Source: Candidatus Heimdallarchaeota archaeon
Lineage (GTDB): Archaea; Asgardarchaeota; Heimdallarchaeia; Heimdallarchaeales; Heimdallarchaeaceae
Assembly: GCA_030668825.1 (NCBI GenBank)
Contig: DAOVET010000009.1
Location: forward strand, 1 to 54,605
Length of the DNA: 54,605 bases
Reading direction: 5' to 3'
Positions 1-10,026 of this stretch are shown here, piece after piece; position 1 is the first letter of the stretch; the number at the start of each line of letters is the position of its first letter. Below the pieces are notes generated by a model. The model did not search any database and was not told the DNA's origin. It worked only from the letters and a program-made list of their open reading frames with translations. A program made the translations under genes and the position numbers.

Positions 1-32
1 TTATTTAAAAGGGGATAGTATATTTAAAAACC

Positions 33-773
33 ATGAGCGATTCTATTCCTATTTTTTTCGATTTTGGAGGAACTTTAGTTGATACTCTAGAAGTAACTCG
101 TCAAGTTTTCAAAGAAGCTTTTGGAAAAGATTTCCCTAGCACCAAAATTAAACAGATGTACAAAGATGCATCCAGAAAAGGACAAAGTATGTCTATGTTT
201 TTCAAATATCCAGTAAACCCTATTAAACTCTTGATTAAGAAAAACAAAATAGCCTCTCTTCAGAAAAAAAAATTCATGGAAATAGTTGAATTATATCCTG
301 AAATACAAGAAACTTTGTTTAAGATCAAAGAATTAGATGAAAATATTTCACTCATTTTGGTTACACAGAATCCACTGATGGAAGATGAAACTGCTTCCAA
401 TGTCCTGATGGAGAAACTTTTTGGTAAAGATAATCCTTTTGACCAGCTCTTAGCTGGAGATGACAAATTTGAGTTAATTGTTCACAACTTCGACCCAGAT
501 GCAATCGCTAGAGGGATTTTTGTTGGTGATTTACCAAATGATGTTTATGTTTCTGAAATGTTAAAAATTCCCTGTTTTGGAGTAACTTGGGGCTATTCAG
601 AAGAAGGGGAGTTGGACACACCATTTATCGTTGATGAAATATTAGAGCTAATAGAAATGGTAGAAGACCACCTAGAAGATTTAAAAGAGGAAACATTAGA
701 AGAGATAGAAGAAGTTGAATTTGAAGAAATAGAATTCGAAGAGACTGATGATTTTGAATTAGTTGATAAATAA
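33..773 (+). CDS. HAD-superfamily hydrolase with acidic C-terminal tail
   Basis: Motif I FFDFGGTL, motif IV VGDLPND, GVTWG; E-rich tail. Confidence 0.85.
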   Translation: MSDSIPIFFDFGGTLVDTLEVTRQVFKEAFGKDFPSTKIKQMYKDASRKGQSMSMFFKYPVNPIKLLIKKNKIASLQKKKFMEIVELYPEIQETLFKIKELDENISLILVTQNPLMEDETASNVLMEKLFGKDNPFDQLLAGDDKFELIVHNFDPDAIARGIFVGDLPNDVYVSEMLKIPCFGVTWGYSEEGELDTPFIVDEILELIEMVEDHLEDLKEETLEEIEEVEFEEIEFEETDDFELVDK

Positions 774-780
774 AAAGAAA

Positions 781-1113
781 CTATTCATAGATGTCTAGTA
801 TGAATTTTGCAACTTCTTTAGCAACTCTTGAAATTTTATCTTTATTTGTTTCTATTAATTTTGCAGATTCTTTTTCAGCTTCGATTATTAAATGCTCGAA
901 CTGTTTTGTATCTCTTGCTTCATCAATTTTCTTTTTGAGTATCTCTCTCGCTTCATTTTTTGCTTTTTCCAACTTTCTTACTCTATCACTTCGAGCTTTT
1001 TCAATTAAAAAAGATGATTCATTTTTAGCTTCTGATACAATTTGGTCTGCTTGTTGTTCAGCAATCTTTATTTGTTCTATTATTTCTTGTTCTTTAGATG
1101 GCAAATATTTCAC
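781..1113 (-). CDS. atpH: A-type ATP synthase peripheral stalk subunit H (G-like)
   Basis: ~110 aa charged coiled coil (IIEQIKIAEQQADQIVSEAK) in the ATPase cluster; true start may be TTG at 1104 after a GGTGA SD. Confidence 0.75.
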   Translation of the reverse strand: MKYLPSKEQEIIEQIKIAEQQADQIVSEAKNESSFLIEKARSDRVRKLEKAKNEAREILKKKIDEARDTKQFEHLIIEAEKESAKLIETNKDKISRVAKEVAKFILDIYE

Positions 1114-2153
1114 CAGACATATCTTTTCTTACAAGTTATGTAAGAGGTCTACATTCTAAACTTCTTTCTATTGAAGACTTTGAAAACTTAATAAATAAAC
1201 CTTATGAAGCCTTCATAAATGATTTGACTTCTTTTGAAATTGGCGAAATTCTTAGGTTACAACCATCTTATCAATCTCATGAGATAGAACGTATTCTAAC
1301 AAGACAATTATTGGATCAATATGATTTTATACTTCGACACATGCCTAAATGGGGGAAAGAGTTTCTTGAAGCATATATGATTAAATTTGAGGTAATGAAT
1401 CTTCAGAGGGTTATTAGATATCTCTACTCAAAAGCTCAAGTCGATCTAAGAGAAATTATTAATTTACGAGCTCAAGAAATGCTTGGAAGAACTTCTTTTA
1501 TAGCAAAGCTTCTCCAGAGTGAAGATCTAGGCGTTTTTCTGGAAAAAATGAAACTAACAGAGTATAAGAAGGCAATAGAAGTATCTGAAATAATTTATAG
1601 TAAAGTAGGTGATATTTGGCCAATTGAGTTTGCTTTAAATGTCCACTATTTGAATTTGATGTTAGAAGAAGCTCAAAAACTTCCTAGAAATCAAAGAAAG
1701 GGGGCATTAAGCTTTGTTCATCAAGAGATGATAACAAATGTTCTCCTTGTAATAATAAAAGCTGATTTTGTGGAAGTTGATATAGATGAAGCTTTAGAGC
1801 TAATCTCTTTACCAAAAGATATACCATTCAGACGGCAGATAGTATCCCTTGCTAATGAACGAAGTTTAAACAATGATTTAAAAATTCTCAAATCCTTAGA
1901 TCAAATTAAGCTAACTGAAGGTATAGAGCGGTATGAGGAAGATGAAATGTTTTTACATATAGAGATTGCTTTGAGAGCGAGAGAATTAGAATTTGTAAGA
2001 AAGGTTTTCTATTGTGACTTTGGAATTCTAAGTATCCTCAGCTATCTTAAACAATATGAAGCTCAGATTCAGGATTTGAATAAATTGTTATATCTTAAGG
2101 AGTATAAGTTCCCCATTGAAAGAACCAGGGAATTAATTGTAAACCTTGTTTAG
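1098..2153 (+). CDS. atpC: A/V-type ATP synthase subunit C (d/AC39-like)
   Basis: N-terminal YVRGLHSKLLS, FEVMNLQRVIR, C-terminal ILSYLKQYEAQIQDL; 351 aa; context. Confidence 0.85.
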   Translation: MANISPDISFLTSYVRGLHSKLLSIEDFENLINKPYEAFINDLTSFEIGEILRLQPSYQSHEIERILTRQLLDQYDFILRHMPKWGKEFLEAYMIKFEVMNLQRVIRYLYSKAQVDLREIINLRAQEMLGRTSFIAKLLQSEDLGVFLEKMKLTEYKKAIEVSEIIYSKVGDIWPIEFALNVHYLNLMLEEAQKLPRNQRKGALSFVHQEMITNVLLVIIKADFVEVDIDEALELISLPKDIPFRRQIVSLANERSLNNDLKILKSLDQIKLTEGIERYEEDEMFLHIEIALRARELEFVRKVFYCDFGILSILSYLKQYEAQIQDLNKLLYLKEYKFPIERTRELIVNLV

Positions 2154-2163
2154 TTAAACCACG

Positions 2164-2643
2164 TCAAACAACAATATTTAGGAGTATGAATGCTATTAAT
2201 AATCCATAAATTGCTAAAGCTTCACCAAGACCTAAATAAATTAGGTTTGATGTGAATACATCTGCGTTTGCTGTTATTGATCCTATTGCTGCTGGTTCTC
2301 CTTTAGCTAGTGAAATTGCCGCTCCTAGATTAGATACAACCATAATGAACATTGCTGCTATGAATATCCAACCGTATATCAAACTGAAATCTGCTAATTC
2401 TAAAGTACCATCAAGATAAGGTTGAAGCTTCGTATACATTACGAAAGCTATTAAGAGTCCATATATAGCCAAAGCTTCAGCCAAAGCTAGATAGATCAAT
2501 ATGAAAATATTTAACTTCTCTTTCTCTGCAACTGCTGCAGCAGCTGCTTGAACTCCCTTTGATAGTGGAATACCAGCTCCCAGTATTGTTAGCATAGTTC
2601 CTGCGATTCCAATTATTCCTAATACATATCCTTCAATTGCCAT
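2164..2643 (-). CDS. atpK: A-type ATP synthase proteolipid subunit K/c, duplicated 4-TM form
   Basis: Two hairpins, each with EALAIYGLLIAF. Confidence 0.93.
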   Translation of the reverse strand: MAIEGYVLGIIGIAGTMLTILGAGIPLSKGVQAAAAAVAEKEKLNIFILIYLALAEALAIYGLLIAFVMYTKLQPYLDGTLELADFSLIYGWIFIAAMFIMVVSNLGAAISLAKGEPAAIGSITANADVFTSNLIYLGLGEALAIYGLLIAFILLNIVV

Positions 2644-4696
2644 ATTTACTCAAATCCATTTCTTTATTGAAAACAAAAATTGGTTTATGTTGAATTCCAC
2701 TTCCTTCATAGAATTTACTGAAGAATTCATAAAAATGTAATCTTAAAGTTTGAACAAAAACTAATAAACCTTCAAGAGCTAGAACAAAGATATTGCCAAT
2801 TACTAAAATTACTATTTTAAAGAGAATAAATCCAACTTGCTCAGCTAATGCATTGATAACACTTAGGAAAACTGCATGCGCAATGAGCATTGCGAGCATT
2901 CTCCCATAAGAAATAGTATTGCTTATAAAAGAACTAAATGATTCTAGAAGGTGTATTAATCCCATCCCCATCCCACTAAGAAAACTACGAAGAATATTTT
3001 TCCTTTTCTCTTTGAAAAGGATTCCCACAATCCCTTGACCAAAAAGTGTTAATCCTACTCCAATAATGACAGAGACAAGCCCAACTAGAAGAAAACCTTT
3101 ACCTGATGGATCAATTCCAATGTCTAGGATTCCCAGACTGGAAAGAAAATATATAATAGCTGCATAAAGAAAAACTTGAGGAGTTGTTTCTTCTATTATT
3201 TCCGCATACTCTTTACGTTTTATTTGATTTATAGCTCTAAGAAGTATTCCTAATATGACATGAAGAGCTCCTATGATTAAAGTTAAATTGAAAATTTCTA
3301 CTAAATCCTCAACTGGACTGAGGAAAGGATATTCTATTCCAAATAGATATACTGGACTATGATCTCCAGGTTCCCTGATTCCTAATAGTTCAACGAGATG
3401 AACACCAAAGGCTTCACCAAAAATAAATCCCATAATTGTCGAAGTAATTCCCATTACCAGTACAAGTAGAAACATTTGTCTAATACTTCTTTTCAGCCCC
3501 CTAGCTAATACTCCAGTTAATCCAATAACAGCAAAAATTAACCCGTGACCAACGTCACCAAACATAATTCCAAAGAAAATGCTAAATGTAAAAATTAAGA
3601 AAATGGTTGGATCAACCTCATTAGATGAAGGAAGTCCATAAAGACCTACGATGCTCTGAAATGCTCTTCTAAGAGGTTTCTTTGCTGGAACTACAGGGAT
3701 GTTTTTCATATCTTCTGAAGGTTCATCATATTCCAGTATTACCTCTGGAAACTCACCTATAGCTTCTTCAATTATCCCAACTTCCTTTTCTGATACCCAT
3801 CCTTGAAAAACTGTTGTTTTCTTGGTTTGCTTTGCAGAGACATATATACGTAAGAAGTGACTGTAGCTTTCGATTGACAATTTTATAGCAACAATATCCT
3901 CTTTATGTCTTATTGCAAATTGTTCTAGATTATTTTCGATTATAGATACTTCTGCACATGTGTTTTTGTATTCATTTAGAATTTCTTCCTCAATTTCAGT
4001 TCTATTTAAATGAATAGGACCTTGATAGTCGTATATATGCCATCTTATAATTGATAGTTCCTTGATAAGTTTGGATATTTCTCCTTTTTTACCTTTAGTA
4101 TAAACAAAATATCTATCTTTAACTAATGGAATTACTTCATGTTTCTTAAAATGGGATACAAAATCTTCTGCATCCTCAATTTTAGATGTTGTCAATATTC
4201 CCATTAATGTTTTCTCATCAGAATCTATATCATAAGGTCGTTCTTCTTCTAGAAGTCTAATACCTTTAGAAATTAGTTTGCTATTTTCGCACAATTCAAT
4301 AAGTTTTTTCAAATTATTCTTTAAATTCTGAATCTCACTATTTAACTTATCAATTTGATCTTCTAGTTTCGTTTCTATTTCTTCTAAATTCTCCCAGTTC
4401 TCAAAAATGGGTATTATCGTTTTCTGTTTTTTATAAGCTCTAGCTATTTTTTGTCTGAATTTCTCTTTCGGTTCAGGAATCTGGATTACAAAGTCTTTAT
4501 AAGCTGATTCTAATTGCCGAATTTTTTCCATTTTGGATGATGGATAAAAGTCTTCCAAACCTTTTATCGAAATATTATGCTTTACCATCAAACTTTCAGT
4601 CTCAGCTATTTTAATAACTACTTGAGGAAACAACTCTTTCGGTGTTATTATCGTAGCTTCCAACATTTTATCTGGAAATAAACCCATTTTTTTCAC
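2633..4696 (-). CDS. atpI: A-type ATP synthase subunit I/a
   Basis: GIMFGDVGHG, SNTISYGRMLA (essential Arg), QTLRLHFYEFFSKFY. Confidence 0.96.
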   Translation of the reverse strand: MKKMGLFPDKMLEATIITPKELFPQVVIKIAETESLMVKHNISIKGLEDFYPSSKMEKIRQLESAYKDFVIQIPEPKEKFRQKIARAYKKQKTIIPIFENWENLEEIETKLEDQIDKLNSEIQNLKNNLKKLIELCENSKLISKGIRLLEEERPYDIDSDEKTLMGILTTSKIEDAEDFVSHFKKHEVIPLVKDRYFVYTKGKKGEISKLIKELSIIRWHIYDYQGPIHLNRTEIEEEILNEYKNTCAEVSIIENNLEQFAIRHKEDIVAIKLSIESYSHFLRIYVSAKQTKKTTVFQGWVSEKEVGIIEEAIGEFPEVILEYDEPSEDMKNIPVVPAKKPLRRAFQSIVGLYGLPSSNEVDPTIFLIFTFSIFFGIMFGDVGHGLIFAVIGLTGVLARGLKRSIRQMFLLVLVMGITSTIMGFIFGEAFGVHLVELLGIREPGDHSPVYLFGIEYPFLSPVEDLVEIFNLTLIIGALHVILGILLRAINQIKRKEYAEIIEETTPQVFLYAAIIYFLSSLGILDIGIDPSGKGFLLVGLVSVIIGVGLTLFGQGIVGILFKEKRKNILRSFLSGMGMGLIHLLESFSSFISNTISYGRMLAMLIAHAVFLSVINALAEQVGFILFKIVILVIGNIFVLALEGLLVFVQTLRLHFYEFFSKFYEGSGIQHKPIFVFNKEMDLSKYGN

Positions 4697-5341
4697 CTAT
4701 GCAAACAGAATCTCATTTATTTTAGTCCTAATTTTATCTCTACTGGCTTTTAATGTATTTTCAATCGTATAATCAATCCTAGCTCTCTCTTGATCATCTG
4801 TGAGAATGAACCCTCCTTGTGTCTTTAAAAAAGAGAAATCTACTTTGAATTTTATATTTTCCTTTTGAGCTATATTTGATGTGATTTTATTTAATATCTC
4901 CTTATCCTTTTTGTCTGCAATAATTTTCATACTTTGTGCTGTGATGTTCCTTACTGTATGAATGAGAAGATTTTCTAAGTATTTTGAATATCCCTTGTTA
5001 TCTCTCAACACTAGCATTTCCTTTTCAACTTTTTCAAAGACCTGATCAATTATACTTTCTCTAGTTTGAATAACTATTTTCTTTGCTTTTTGTTCAAATT
5101 CAGTTTCTGTTCTTTTTTTAATGAATTTCAATCTTGGGGTTTCTTTATCTAACTCTTGTTTTTTAATTTCATCAACAAGTTTTATGGTTCCTTTTTCTAT
5201 CTCTTCAAGTTTTTGCTTAGCTTCCCTAAATATTAATTTAGCTTCTTCTTCAGCAGCTTTAGTAATTTTCGTAAGCAGATTTGTTAAAGGACTGTTTTCA
5301 GTATCTTCTTTGGGAAGCTCTTTGTTTTTCATTTTTATCAC
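4697..5341 (-). CDS. atpE: A-type ATP synthase subunit E
   Basis: N-terminal coiled coil, C-terminal GGFILT...RIDYTIE motif. Confidence 0.9.
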   Translation of the reverse strand: MIKMKNKELPKEDTENSPLTNLLTKITKAAEEEAKLIFREAKQKLEEIEKGTIKLVDEIKKQELDKETPRLKFIKKRTETEFEQKAKKIVIQTRESIIDQVFEKVEKEMLVLRDNKGYSKYLENLLIHTVRNITAQSMKIIADKKDKEILNKITSNIAQKENIKFKVDFSFLKTQGGFILTDDQERARIDYTIENTLKASRDKIRTKINEILFA

Positions 5342-5342
5342 T

Positions 5343-5771
5343 TTATACTGGAAACAGTAAGACAGGAATTTCTGCCAATTCTACTACATATCTAACATAA
5401 TTTTTCAATAGTCTTCTTGTTAAACTTTCCTTCCTTGTCCCCATAACTATGAAATCAACCTTTTCCATTTTAGAGGTTTCAATTATACTTTCGGCAACTA
5501 ATCCTTGTCTCAGCTCTGAAGTTATTAATAAATGAGTATCTGAAAAAGTAAGTTTTAGTTTTTCAAGAATATTATTATGCTCACTTCGATATTCTTCTTG
5601 AATCTTATCGACAGTTGTGTTTCTATAACTAGCAAGATGTTCTAGATTTTCTCTATCAATTACATATAACAGATGTATTTCAGTTACCCAATCTTGGAAA
5701 AAATCAATAATATGTGAAATTAATCTTTCACCACACTTAAAATCCCCTATTGCGACTAGTGCTTTTTTCAT
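5343..5771 (-). CDS. Universal stress protein (USP) family
   Basis: KKALVAI, IHLLYVID, DFIVMGTR, IPVLLFP; 142 aa. Confidence 0.88.
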   Translation of the reverse strand: MKKALVAIGDFKCGERLISHIIDFFQDWVTEIHLLYVIDRENLEHLASYRNTTVDKIQEEYRSEHNNILEKLKLTFSDTHLLITSELRQGLVAESIIETSKMEKVDFIVMGTRKESLTRRLLKNYVRYVVELAEIPVLLFPV

Positions 5772-6415
5772 TTATCTCTCCTCTTTAATTGATTTTTTAG
5801 TTCAATTTTTTGCTTGAGTTTCTTGATGGTGTAGATATTTTCCAACTCATATGATTCTAAAACTTCCTCAATGTATTTGACAATATTTCTAAATCTCACT
5901 CGATATACTTTGTCCAAGGCATTGAGACATAATTGTGTAGTTTGAAGATTGCGAATTACTTTGTATGCAAAATTCTCGATCTCTGCTAATTCAACAAGTA
6001 AATCAAATGTGTCACGAAATCTTTTTGCAGTTATCCACAGTAAGCTAGAAATACCGAAGAATCCATATGAAGGGTCAGGGAGGTTGGCTAATTGTAAATC
6101 AGAGTAAGCCACCCCCATATATTCAAGAGGGATAGAATTTATTATAACCTTTTTTGGGATTGTTTCACTAAAAACATTCATCATATCCTTTCCTAGTTCT
6201 GATTCAGTTTTGATGTATTCATAATAAGCTTCACTAAGATTTTCTTCAAATTTTTCTCTCATGGAGATCGCTTGTGATGAGATGATATGTAATTTCATTA
6301 ATAATGCTTCATATTTCTCTCTTAGTAAATCGTATGCTCTTTCAACTAGTTTGAGCTTTTTCTTGTATTTTAACAAGTTATCCTTTGTTGGAGGAACATT
6401 AATTGCTTCTCTCAA
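5768..6415 (-). CDS. atpD: A-type ATP synthase subunit D
   Basis: [24 protein letters not shown]; follows atpB. Confidence 0.9.
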   Translation of the reverse strand: MREAINVPPTKDNLLKYKKKLKLVERAYDLLREKYEALLMKLHIISSQAISMREKFEENLSEAYYEYIKTESELGKDMMNVFSETIPKKVIINSIPLEYMGVAYSDLQLANLPDPSYGFFGISSLLWITAKRFRDTFDLLVELAEIENFAYKVIRNLQTTQLCLNALDKVYRVRFRNIVKYIEEVLESYELENIYTIKKLKQKIELKNQLKRRDK

Positions 6416-7806
6416 ACTGAATCAGCTCCTTTATTTGGAATGTATTCCAGAATTAGATCTGTTGATACTTTAGTCAACTCAGTCTCTGGAAGATGAGATA
6501 ATAGTGACCATCCGAGATTTAAAGATTCTTCAATTGTTCGGTAATTATCCCCTTGATTCACATAATCTTCTTCAAATATATCTGCAAACTCGTGTAAAAT
6601 CTGGTCTAAGCGGTTTAATTCCTTTTTCCCTATTACCTCTGCTAGCCTTCTCTTGTCCAATCCTTCAGCATAAGAAGCATAAAGTTGATTACTTAAAGAA
6701 GGATGATCTTTTCTAGTATAACCTTCTCCAATTCCATCTTTCATTAAACGAGAAAGAGATCCTAAAACATCAATTGGTGGATAAATCCCCCTATAATGCA
6801 ATGAACGATCGAGGATAATTTGACCTTCTGTAATATATCCTGTCAAATCAGGAATAGGATGAGTAATATCATCATTTGGCATTGTCAGATTTGCAATTAG
6901 AGTAATGCTTCCTTGTGAATCTTCTATTATACCTGCCCTTTCATATATTGAGGCTAAATCTGAATACATGTAACCAGGATAACCTTTTCTAGAAGGAACA
7001 GTTTCTAGAGCAACTGAAATTGCTCTTAAAGCCTGACAATAATTAGTTATATCAGATAGTATTGCTAGAACATGGTAGTCCTTATCAAAGGCTAGGTATT
7101 CAGCTGTAGTCAATGCAACTCGAGGAGTAATAAGTCTCTCAGCAGGTGAATCACTTGCCAAATTAACAAACATTACAACTTTGTTTAGTGTGCCTGTCTC
7201 TTCAAATAAGCGCTGGAAATAGATGTAATCATCCATTGTTAACCCCATAGCACCAAAAACGATAGCAAATTTCTCTTTATCTTCTGTCTCTGCAATTCTT
7301 GCTTGTTTCACAATTTGACCTATCAGCCGGTTATTTGGTAGCCCTGCTCCAGTAAAGATCGGTAGTTTTTGACCTCTAACTAATGTGTTCATTAAATCGA
7401 TTGAAGAGATTCCTGTTTCGATATAATCTCTTGGATAAATTCTAGATGTTGGATTGATTGGAGATCCATTAATGTCCCTGTATTCATCTGAATAGATGCT
7501 TGGTAATCCATCCAGAGGTTCTCCTAGGGAGTTAAATACTCTGCCAATCATATCTTCAGCTACAAACAGCTGCATGGTTCTTCCAAAAAATTCCGTTTCA
7601 ATATCATCCTTTTCTACTTCATATGTACCTTGGTAAAGTAGTATGATGACTCTTTCCTCTTCAATTGCTAAAACTCTTCCCTTTCTAGTGGGTTTGTTTG
7701 GCAGCTTAACTTCTAAATATTCTCCCATTCGGATACCTGAAACTCCTTCTATGACAATAATTGGTCCTCGAATTTCTGATACTCCTTTAACTGTTATGCG
7801 AGCCAT
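6412..7806 (-). CDS. atpB: A-type ATP synthase subunit B
   Basis: [44 protein letters not shown]. Confidence 0.98.
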   Translation of the reverse strand: MARITVKGVSEIRGPIIVIEGVSGIRMGEYLEVKLPNKPTRKGRVLAIEEERVIILLYQGTYEVEKDDIETEFFGRTMQLFVAEDMIGRVFNSLGEPLDGLPSIYSDEYRDINGSPINPTSRIYPRDYIETGISSIDLMNTLVRGQKLPIFTGAGLPNNRLIGQIVKQARIAETEDKEKFAIVFGAMGLTMDDYIYFQRLFEETGTLNKVVMFVNLASDSPAERLITPRVALTTAEYLAFDKDYHVLAILSDITNYCQALRAISVALETVPSRKGYPGYMYSDLASIYERAGIIEDSQGSITLIANLTMPNDDITHPIPDLTGYITEGQIILDRSLHYRGIYPPIDVLGSLSRLMKDGIGEGYTRKDHPSLSNQLYASYAEGLDKRRLAEVIGKKELNRLDQILHEFADIFEEDYVNQGDNYRTIEESLNLGWSLLSHLPETELTKVSTDLILEYIPNKGADSV

Positions 7807-7809
7807 TTG

Positions 7810-9612
7810 TCACACCCTATATCCATATTTGGAACCTAGTTCCTCCATTTCCGTATGGATGTAATCTTCCATTTTGTTCATTTGTACTATGTTGTCGTTT
7901 GGGACATCTTCTTTCATTCGTTTTAGTATTTGAACTGATTTTAGTCCAATGATTAATGAGATTGGGCATCCATTCTTTATTAGAATCTCAGCTCTATTAT
8001 TAAACAGAAGCATAAGTTTCATCATTTTCATTTGCTTTTCTAAAGGGCAGAAGGAATCAATCTTATCATAGGCATTTTGCTGGAGAAATCCCTCTTTAAT
8101 TATATCTGCTACTAATATGATTAGCTGTTCATCAGCAGGTAATGCTTTTGAACCAATCAGTTCAGCAATATGCTGAAGCTCATCATCTTTTTGTAAAATT
8201 GTAAACATTTCTTGCCGATAACGACCCCAATCCTCCAAGCCCGACTCCAAAGCCCATTCTTCTATTATGTTTATATATCCAGAATAACTATATAACCAGT
8301 TAATTGAAGGAAAGTGTTTTCTATTTGCCAAATTAGAATCTAAGCCCCAAAAAGTCTTTACAAAACGTTTCGTGTTTGCAGTAACTGGTTCACTGAAATC
8401 ACCACCAGGAGGAGAAACAGCTGCAGTAATGTTAATTGAACCTTCTCTATATGGAGAACCTAATGTAACAACTTGACCAGCTCTTTCATAGAAATCAGCC
8501 AATCTGGCTCCCAAATATGCTGGATAGCCTTCTTCTACAGGCATCTCTTCTAATTGTCCAGCAATTTCTCTCAGAGCTTCTGCCCATCTACTTGTACTAT
8601 CTGCAGTTAGTAAAACATTGAATCCTTGATCTCTATAGAATTCAGCCATAGTTATTCCCATGTAAATTGAGGCTTCTCTGGCTGCAACTGGCATATTAGA
8701 AACATTAGCGATTAGAAGTGTTCTATTCATGAGGGGGTTTTGAGTGTGTGGATCTACAAGTTTAGGAAATTCTCTCAAAACATCAGTCATTTCATTTCCT
8801 CTCTCTCCACAACCAATGTATACAACAATATCCGCATCACTCCATTTGGATAATTGGTGCTGAAGGATGGTCTTGCCAGTTCCAAATCCTCCTGGGATTG
8901 CTGCGGTTCCACCTTTGGCTATCGGGAAGAACATATCTATTATTCTTTGGCCTGTTATTAGAGGTTCGTGCACAGGTATTTTTTTTAGGAATGGTCTGGC
9001 AATTCTTACTGGCCATTCGTGCATTAAAGTTAATTCTTTCTTACTTTTATCTGATCCTTTTAACTCAACTATAGGATCTGTGATCTGAAATTCTCCCTTT
9101 TCTTGAATGGATAGTAATTCCCCATTTGTTTTTGGAGGAGCGATAATATTACACTTTATAGTTTGTGTTTCTTGAACAGAGCCCAGCACATCACCTCCTT
9201 TCACCAAATGACCTTTTGTTAACTTTTTATTTGGTTCGAACAACCATTTCTTATCTCTGTTTAAAGCATTAATATGAATTCCTTTTTGGATAAATGAAGA
9301 AGAAGATGTCTTCTTTATTTGCTCTAATGGTCTTTGAATTCCGTCAAAGATATTAGATAATAATCCAGGACCAAGTTCAGCTGAAATAGATTTTCCTGTA
9401 AGATAGATTGGATCATTGATTTTCAATCCCTCAAGAGGTTCATAAACCTGGACTGTAGCCAAATTTCGTTCAATTTCGATAATTTCACCTATGAGTTTCT
9501 CTTCTCCAACATAGGTTATTTCTCCCATCCTATATGAAGAAAGACCTCTTACTTCTACAGTAGAACCTTTAATAGTGACAATTCTGGCTCTTTCTTCATC
9601 TGAATTTGTCAT
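7810..9612 (-). CDS. atpA: A-type ATP synthase catalytic subunit A (no intein)
   Basis: Walker A GGFGTGKT, GCGERGNEM, DSTSRWAEALRE. Confidence 0.98.
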   Translation of the reverse strand: MTNSDEERARIVTIKGSTVEVRGLSSYRMGEITYVGEEKLIGEIIEIERNLATVQVYEPLEGLKINDPIYLTGKSISAELGPGLLSNIFDGIQRPLEQIKKTSSSSFIQKGIHINALNRDKKWLFEPNKKLTKGHLVKGGDVLGSVQETQTIKCNIIAPPKTNGELLSIQEKGEFQITDPIVELKGSDKSKKELTLMHEWPVRIARPFLKKIPVHEPLITGQRIIDMFFPIAKGGTAAIPGGFGTGKTILQHQLSKWSDADIVVYIGCGERGNEMTDVLREFPKLVDPHTQNPLMNRTLLIANVSNMPVAAREASIYMGITMAEFYRDQGFNVLLTADSTSRWAEALREIAGQLEEMPVEEGYPAYLGARLADFYERAGQVVTLGSPYREGSINITAAVSPPGGDFSEPVTANTKRFVKTFWGLDSNLANRKHFPSINWLYSYSGYINIIEEWALESGLEDWGRYRQEMFTILQKDDELQHIAELIGSKALPADEQLIILVADIIKEGFLQQNAYDKIDSFCPLEKQMKMMKLMLLFNNRAEILIKNGCPISLIIGLKSVQILKRMKEDVPNDNIVQMNKMEDYIHTEMEELGSKYGYRV

Positions 9613-9704
9613 TTGTGCAATTATAGCAGATGTATAATAAATAGTTTACTAATTGACTACGTCAGAACGCAAAGCTTTAAACAAACCAACTGGATGTAAT
9701 TTTA
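9613..9704. promoter_or_regulatory. Divergent archaeal promoters for atpA and atpF
   Basis: CGCAAAG-CTTTAAA (BRE/TATA-like) ~25 bp before atpF ATG; TTTATTAT on minus strand ~25 bp before atpA ATG. Confidence 0.55.
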
Positions 9705-10016
9705 ATGTCAGATCTGGAGTCATCAAAGAAAGCTTTTGTGATTGGAGCCAGAGAAACTGTAAGAGGTTTTAATTTAATAGGTGTTCCAGGTCAGGAAGTA
9801 TTTACACCTAAAGAAACTCTTGAAAAACTGGAAGAAGCTCTGCAAAAAGATTACACTTTGGTCATTATTTCCGCTTCTGTGATTATAGGAGTGGAGGAGA
9901 CTATTGAACAGATTAGATTAGAAAATGCAACACCAATAATTGTTCTTTCGGATGTTAATGTGAAAATTGATCCTAAAGAATTAGAAACAAAATTTAGAAA
10001 GTTCATAGGCTATTAG
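9705..10016 (+). CDS. atpF: A-type ATP synthase subunit F
   Basis: VIGARETVRGFNLIGV, C-terminal RKFIGY; 103 aa. Confidence 0.92.
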   Translation: MSDLESSKKAFVIGARETVRGFNLIGVPGQEVFTPKETLEKLEEALQKDYTLVIISASVIIGVEETIEQIRLENATPIIVLSDVNVKIDPKELETKFRKFIGY

Positions 10017-10026
10017 AACTTATTTC

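Noticed and set aside
791-1159. 122-aa plus-strand ORF and the other short antisense ORFs in the track (e.g. 5121, 7643, 17224, 18346, 34920, 45225)
   Set aside because: S/F/I-rich shadows of well-supported genes on the opposite strand
7810-9612. Possible intein in atpA
   Set aside because: Normal 600-aa length and a contiguous Walker A region
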